NCBI RefSeq assembly: GCF_001194135.2 | Contig: NC_068999.1 | Coordinates: 52,202,959-52,266,958 of the forward strand | Origin: Octopus bimaculoides | Lineage: Eukaryota | Direction of reading: 5' to 3' | Length of the DNA: 64,000 nucleotides | Shown here: one piece after another, positions 58,514 through 64,000 of the stretch | Position numbering within the stretch: position 1 is the first letter of the stretch | How the letters are laid out: each line of letters begins with the position of its first letter | Program-made: the position numbers and the translations under genes | The notes under the pieces: model-generated | Databases searched by the model: none | What the model saw: only the letters and a program-made list of their open reading frames with translations | What the model was told of the DNA's origin: nothing

Positions 58514-58964
58514 TCTATTAATATAATGAAAGGAAATGGAGAGATGGACACTGGTGAGTATTGGACAAAATACTTCACTATTTTAAAATATTATCTCTCA
58601 ACTCTGTTCTGATTTGAGTATCTTTAATATGTCCAGACCAGTAAAATATCAGTAATATATAATGAGTGAAAGGAAATGAATATTGGTAACGGTGATTGTT
58701 AACACCATAAAGCAGAGTTAAGCTCTCTCTATGAAGTGAAGAACTGTTGACTGAATAGGCAGTGAAATTAAGTGTAAATACAACAAATAGGAAGGGTGAA
58801 ATAACATGTAGCAGTACCTCTCTTTATATATATATATACATACACACATACATATATACAGTGATTTAAAAATCATTTCAAAACAACATTTTATCTTAGG
58901 CAATTCTGTGTAATATTAAAAGTGATACCATAAACAATGGTCGTAATTAATATTTATAGTTCCA

Positions 58965-59397
58965 TTACTCTTAGTCAGCATTTATCATCCATTTGCTTTA
59001 CATGTCCATAACATTGTAGCCAGCCATGTGTAACCATACATGGACAAAGACATGTTTGCGATTGGTATGATATTTTTATCAGGAGCTGAGTATATTTTGG
59101 TTTTATAAAACATGAATAGACAGTAATAACTAGTTGTGAATAGAGAAAAGATTTCCATAAAGGATTGATATTATTAACAAAAATAGGAATAAATGAATAA
59201 TAGCACATGTCCAATAAATGAAAACTGATTTAGCTTTTTATTTTGACAGGCAATAGAACTCGTCCATTCCTTAAAGATTGGTGAAGATAATTTAGTGTCA
59301 CTGATAAGTTGTTTGTATACAAAAAATGACTTTCTCTGGGAGAAGTTATCAAAAGTTAAAGGTAATTATTTTCCCTTCACTTTTGAATTCATTAAAA
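58965..59397 (+). repeat. 433-bp direct duplicate of 54596..55028, including a complete copy of exon 15 (59250..59361) with intact AG/GT sites
   Basis: Manual alignment: offset 4369 nt, 6 substitutions, no indels; ORF-track entries 54444..54845 and 58975..59214 are also near-identical. Confidence 0.95.
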
Positions 59398-62300
59398 CAA
59401 TTAGTAAAAAAAAAAAAAATTTTTCAGGTAGTTTTTGTGAATTGTGGTTTAGATGAAAACGAAGAAAGACTTACAAATTATAGTTTTGCAGTGTAATAAT
59501 AACCTGAGGTGTTGTAAACGTTGAAATAAGATTTACAATGCATGTTGATTAATCTACATTTATGTTTATGCACCACATGCCAACTTCTAATGGTCATAAA
59601 TTATTTTGAATCATTTGTCTTCAAATAGTGATTTAAAATTATGAAAATAGTTGGTCCTAAAAAAGAAACACACACACACAAAAGTACATCAAACTCCTCC
59701 CTCCTCACTTTCCTGCAACATTAATCATCACTTTTCACATCTCCCACCATTCCTTAACAAAGTAGCGTCTTCTTTGCTCTCTCCATACGAATTCAAGGCT
59801 TAGTATGTTTAAGAAGGCAACATTAATTAATGTAATTTGACATGAATGATCAATATATTTCGTGAAAATTTTGTGTATTTAGGCATATCCCCATTTCTCT
59901 ATGTATGTAACAAGTTTTTGGTGTCCAGAGTTAAATTACATTTACCTGTTCCTCCCAAACTATTGTAGCATTTGTAGAAAGATGTGTAATTTTCTGACAG
60001 CTTTTATAACTCACCTTGTTCCAGGTGCCATTTAGCTAATTAACAACATTGATTATTCATGACACTATCAACCATTCTTATGTTATTGCTGCTGCCTTAA
60101 GTCCGAAAACTCATGCTCTTGTAAATAATTTATTTCTCCTAAGTCCATGTGTTGTCAGCTCTTCTTGTATGAGCTTAAATAGACTAAATGTGAGAATCTT
60201 GATGTAATTTCTGTAAGGGCCTCCTTTTTTTAAAAAAATTAACTCGCAAAAACTCTTCTCCCATTAGGACATATTGTACAGAATTCTTCATATTACATAT
60301 TTCATTTCATTAGTTTCTGTTTGTAAAGATGTTTTGGTTTATCACAAATTTCAATGAGAAACAACAAACAGAAAGTCAGAGAATTAAATTTATTATTTTT
60401 GTATCATGAACCCTGTACATCATCCAGTTTACTCTTGGCAGGAGTTTACCCCTGATGCTCTCTTTTCCTGTTAACTAATTAATTTTTACTTTAATTAATT
60501 TTTTACTGTAGCTTAAGAACAACAAATTGCAAAATGGAGGGGCCTTTTTTGGCAAACTGAAATGTAATGCTTATTTTTTCTACATTATTTTGAATGGACT
60601 GTGCATTATCTTGTAACTTCAAGATTTTGACAATGTAATTGTTTGTTTTTAAAATGACATTGTAGGATAGGTGTGAGAGGCTGGATCAGGCCAGTTTGAG
60701 CATAAAATAGGTAGAATGTTTCGGCCAAATATGACCGGCTTAGATACTAAAGGGTTAAACATATGCTTAGAATTTTCATTTTGTATTTTTTTTTTAATTA
60801 CTCGATTAAGTAAATTACATTAATGAATTCACTGCCTCGGTTTAATACACTATGAAATAGTTCATGGTTGAGTGATTTAGTTTCAGAAGTTATATCCAAT
60901 CAGGAATGACAAGTTTTATAATTGTTTGAGCAAGTTTTGTTCTCTTTAAAGGATTTGTGTTCAGTTTTACAAGCTAACAAAACACTCGAGATAGACAACA
61001 CTATCAGTATTTTAGCCATTGAACTAATAATCCTTTAAATTTCAGACAACTGTGGCTTCTGTAGCCATGGAACTTCTGTGCTGGCATTTTGAGTTAAATG
61101 CTTGAATTTCCAGGCTATCCGATCAATGCTAATCTGGGAAAAATAGATATAAATTTTTCTTTTTTTGTTTTGAATCTGTTGCCATTAATGGAAGATTTCA
61201 AACTTATGAATTATATACATATATATATATATTTAAAAACAAAACAATACAAAAAAAAATCAAACCAAACAGATCGTCTTATATTTCTATGTGGAATAGA
61301 AGCTCCTTCTGATGACTGAAATCTATTTTTTATCCTGAGTCTCATACTGATTCATTCCATTTGTAATTAGTATGGTCCTTATGACAAGCTTAAATGTTAA
61401 ACAGTCTCATCTTCCTCATTCATTTCAGCTTGGACATGTGTGCCCAGACTTTGCATATAATAGTGGAGTAGGAGGTGGGGAGCACCCAAGCACATCTTGC
61501 TAAAAAAAATCATTCTAATTTCTTGATAAACCTCTCAAATACAGCAGTCAAGTGTTGTTAGATTGTTGGACAAAAATGCCTTGTGGTATTTATTATGTTA
61601 TTATGGTTCTTTATGTGCTGAGGTTCACTTTGCTGTTCATCCTTCTGGGGATTAATAAACTAAAGTAACTGGAGTTAATTAAATTGACTATCTCCATCCT
61701 CCAAATTTCTGGCCTTGTGCTTATGTGTGTGTATATATATAAATTGTTCTTAGTTGTTTTGTTTATCCATTATAGAAATGTTTAACCTAATGTTCATAGA
61801 TTCAATGTATATATATATATATTTTAAAAATTNNNNNNNNNNAAAAAAAAAAATTGGGGGGAAGGGGGGGGGTCTGTGTGATATACCCCCTTTGCATTTT
61901 CAATTTAAAGATATATATTATCTGGCTGTAAACATGTTGAATAAGGATGGCATTGTTTTTGATTTGGTTTATTCTATGAATAAATATTGGAAATTCTTAT
62001 TTAGAACAGCCAAAAATATTGAGGTGGATGGGGAGTCTATATTACCTGATCTCTGTAATGGAAAGGTGAGGGGGGGGGGTGACAACTTTGGTAAATATTG
62101 TTTTCAAGTCTTCAATACCCAACAGTCCTCTTATTAGACACACACACCAAAACATGAAATAAACTATAAAAAATCTATGTAGTTGATTGTCTGGCTTTTC
62201 ATTCGATATGCATTCTATCTCTTTAAAGTTATTTTTTACTCGTTTCAGTCATTGGATTGCAGCCAGGCTAAGGCTCCATCTGGAAGAACCTTTTCTTTTT

Positions 62301-62639
62301 GTGGTATTCTATTCAAGCTTCTTAACCACTCAGTCATACCTGCACCTAACAAAATAAAAAGGATGGATGGCAAGGCTGGGATGCCATTCATCAAAGGTCT
62401 ACACAAGGTTAGAACTAAACACCAATAATAGCATTATCAAAAATAGTGGCTTAAAAAAGATTTATTTCATTAAGTCCAGAAGTTGAAAATGTAGACATTT
62501 TTTATTTTAAATGACAATCTCAGCTGAGGTATTTTAGCATCCAATTAAATAAGGAATATAATAGTAATTTGTACACAAATTTAATTTTTCTCAATTTTTA
62601 TGTCATAAGAACTTAACCTAAATTCTATTTTGAGGCCAC

Positions 62640-62980
62640 TACTAGAATATGTATACATATGTATATATATACACACACATATATATATGTATATATATAT
62701 ATATACGCACATAAATAATTGTATGTACATACATATATACGTATATATATACACATATGTATACGTATATGTGTATACGTATATATATTTATATACGTAT
62801 ACATATGTGTATATATATATATACGTATGTATATATATGTGTGTGTGTATATATGTATATATAAACTTACTTGGAAATAGATGCCTGGCCTTCAATCAAA
62901 TAATATAAATTATATATAAACATATACATACACACACACATACATACGTGTGTATATACATATATATATATATATACATT
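62640..62980. repeat. Compound (TA/CA/TACG)n microsatellite; (TA)n tracts also flank the gaps at 8110-8500, 26812-26866 and 56107-56128
   Basis: Direct inspection. Confidence 0.9.
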
Positions 62981-63357
62981 CTCCACATCGGTTAATATTC
63001 TAACAGCTATAGAAGAATAAGAGACTCATCTAGTAGATATGAAATATTATAAATAGTTATCTTATGATAATTATTCTCTTACTTGAAAAAAAAAATCTTA
63101 ATTGAATATCTAAACAAGGTAAGAAGTTCTGTACAATAAGACCGTTAATGATATGGGCTTAACGATAAAAATAAGAATCAAGGAATATGATTTCTATGAT
63201 CCATTAACTCATCTAAGTAAATGATGAAAAATTGGAACATATAAATATTACATATATATGCAGTATAAAATGTAAAATAATGTTCCACAGGTTTATATGA
63301 TGGTATTGTCTGTGTATAAAAGACAGCTAGCTGTGTATATGTAGCTACCTAAAGCGA

Positions 63358-63506
63358 TCAGGAGATCTCCATGCTAGATTTTAGCAATGATGCTACATCG
63401 ACTGCTTTCTGGTGCATGTCACTCTTCTCATTCTCCATGAATGGTGTCAGGCTGTTGATCAACTCTTCAGATAATTTCTCTGTCAACAATGCTCTGTTAT
63501 CCAAGT
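63358..63506 (-). CDS. Terminal coding exon of a convergent unidentified gene (...DLDNRALLTEKLSEELINSLTPFMENEKSDMHQKAVDVASLLKSSMEIS*); amphipathic helical, possibly ARM/HEAT-like
   Basis: On the - strand a long pyrimidine tract plus ttag acceptor precedes 63506, the frame is open to TGA at 63360-63358, and composition is protein-like. Upstream exons are not seen in the window. Confidence 0.7.
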
Positions 63507-63918
63507 CTAAGAGGAAAAAAGAAACAAACGCGATAAACAACATAAGATCTGTAGCATGTTTATATATTACTTTACCTTTTCATTGGTGGAAGGTTACAAA
63601 AGAAAAGAATTATGATCGGTTGGGAAAGTGTGTGAGATATAGAGCGGCTGCACTCATTCAATGATAATAGTATTGCAGTTTCAAATTTTGTTTAGATTCT
63701 CAACAGCTTTGATGTAGCCGACATTACATGCTCTCTACGTAAGTAGGAGGAAGAACTGGGCATCATATTAATGCAGGGGAGGGTTAACCACAACTAGAAA
63801 GACAAGTAGGGTGGAGGTATGAGACCAATGTTGCTATAAGAGTGACATAGAGAAAAAAACAGTATGTTTGTCAGTAACTAAATGCAAATCAGCTCTATGG
63901 CTCCTCTGAATGTGGTTC

Positions 63919-64000
63919 TACAGGGTGTCCACAAAGTCTGGGTACATGGGGATTAACACATACTCTAAGAAATTATTATTTCTTATATTCAATGGTGATG
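63919..64000. mobile_element. Probable Tc1/mariner-type element end truncated by the window edge
   Basis: TA followed by CAGGGTGTCC, a common Tc1/mariner TIR start. Confidence 0.4.

Overview
AT-rich animal genomic DNA with eight N gaps. The SINE/MITE landscape looks like octopus (inference from repeat content; no search was run). The window is dominated by one + strand gene that I could splice by hand into 16 phase-consistent coding exons (ATG 2897 to TAA 55899; 8352 nt, about 2783 aa). It encodes an MGA-like (MAX gene-associated / MAX dimerization protein family) transcription factor: conserved EVDGILFMSF motif, C-x4-C-x2-G-C-x-C Cys-rich MGA domain, class-B bHLH-leucine zipper near the C-terminus, and no visible T-box. 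The last coding exon of a convergent unidentified gene lies at 63358-63506 (-). Introns hold tRNA-derived SINEs, a TTAA-flanked piggyBac-type MITE family, decayed mariner, Penelope-like and RTE-like remnants, and microsatellites. Best leads: (1) a 433-bp near-identical copy of the helix2-zipper exon with intact splice sites downstream of the stop codon, with substitutions clustered in the zipper; (2) an intronic 60-bp x5 minisatellite with a CACGTG E-box in every unit, the motif this protein class binds; (3) a 96-nt frame-preserving cassette exon with a single in-frame TGA (poison-exon candidate); (4) eight dispersed [YMW]-x-[LTI]-R-[SG] motifs resembling nucleosome acidic-patch anchors; (5) a long TA-flanked foldback inverted repeat in intron 4. 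All functional interpretations are untested hypotheses. Repeat boundaries are approximate.
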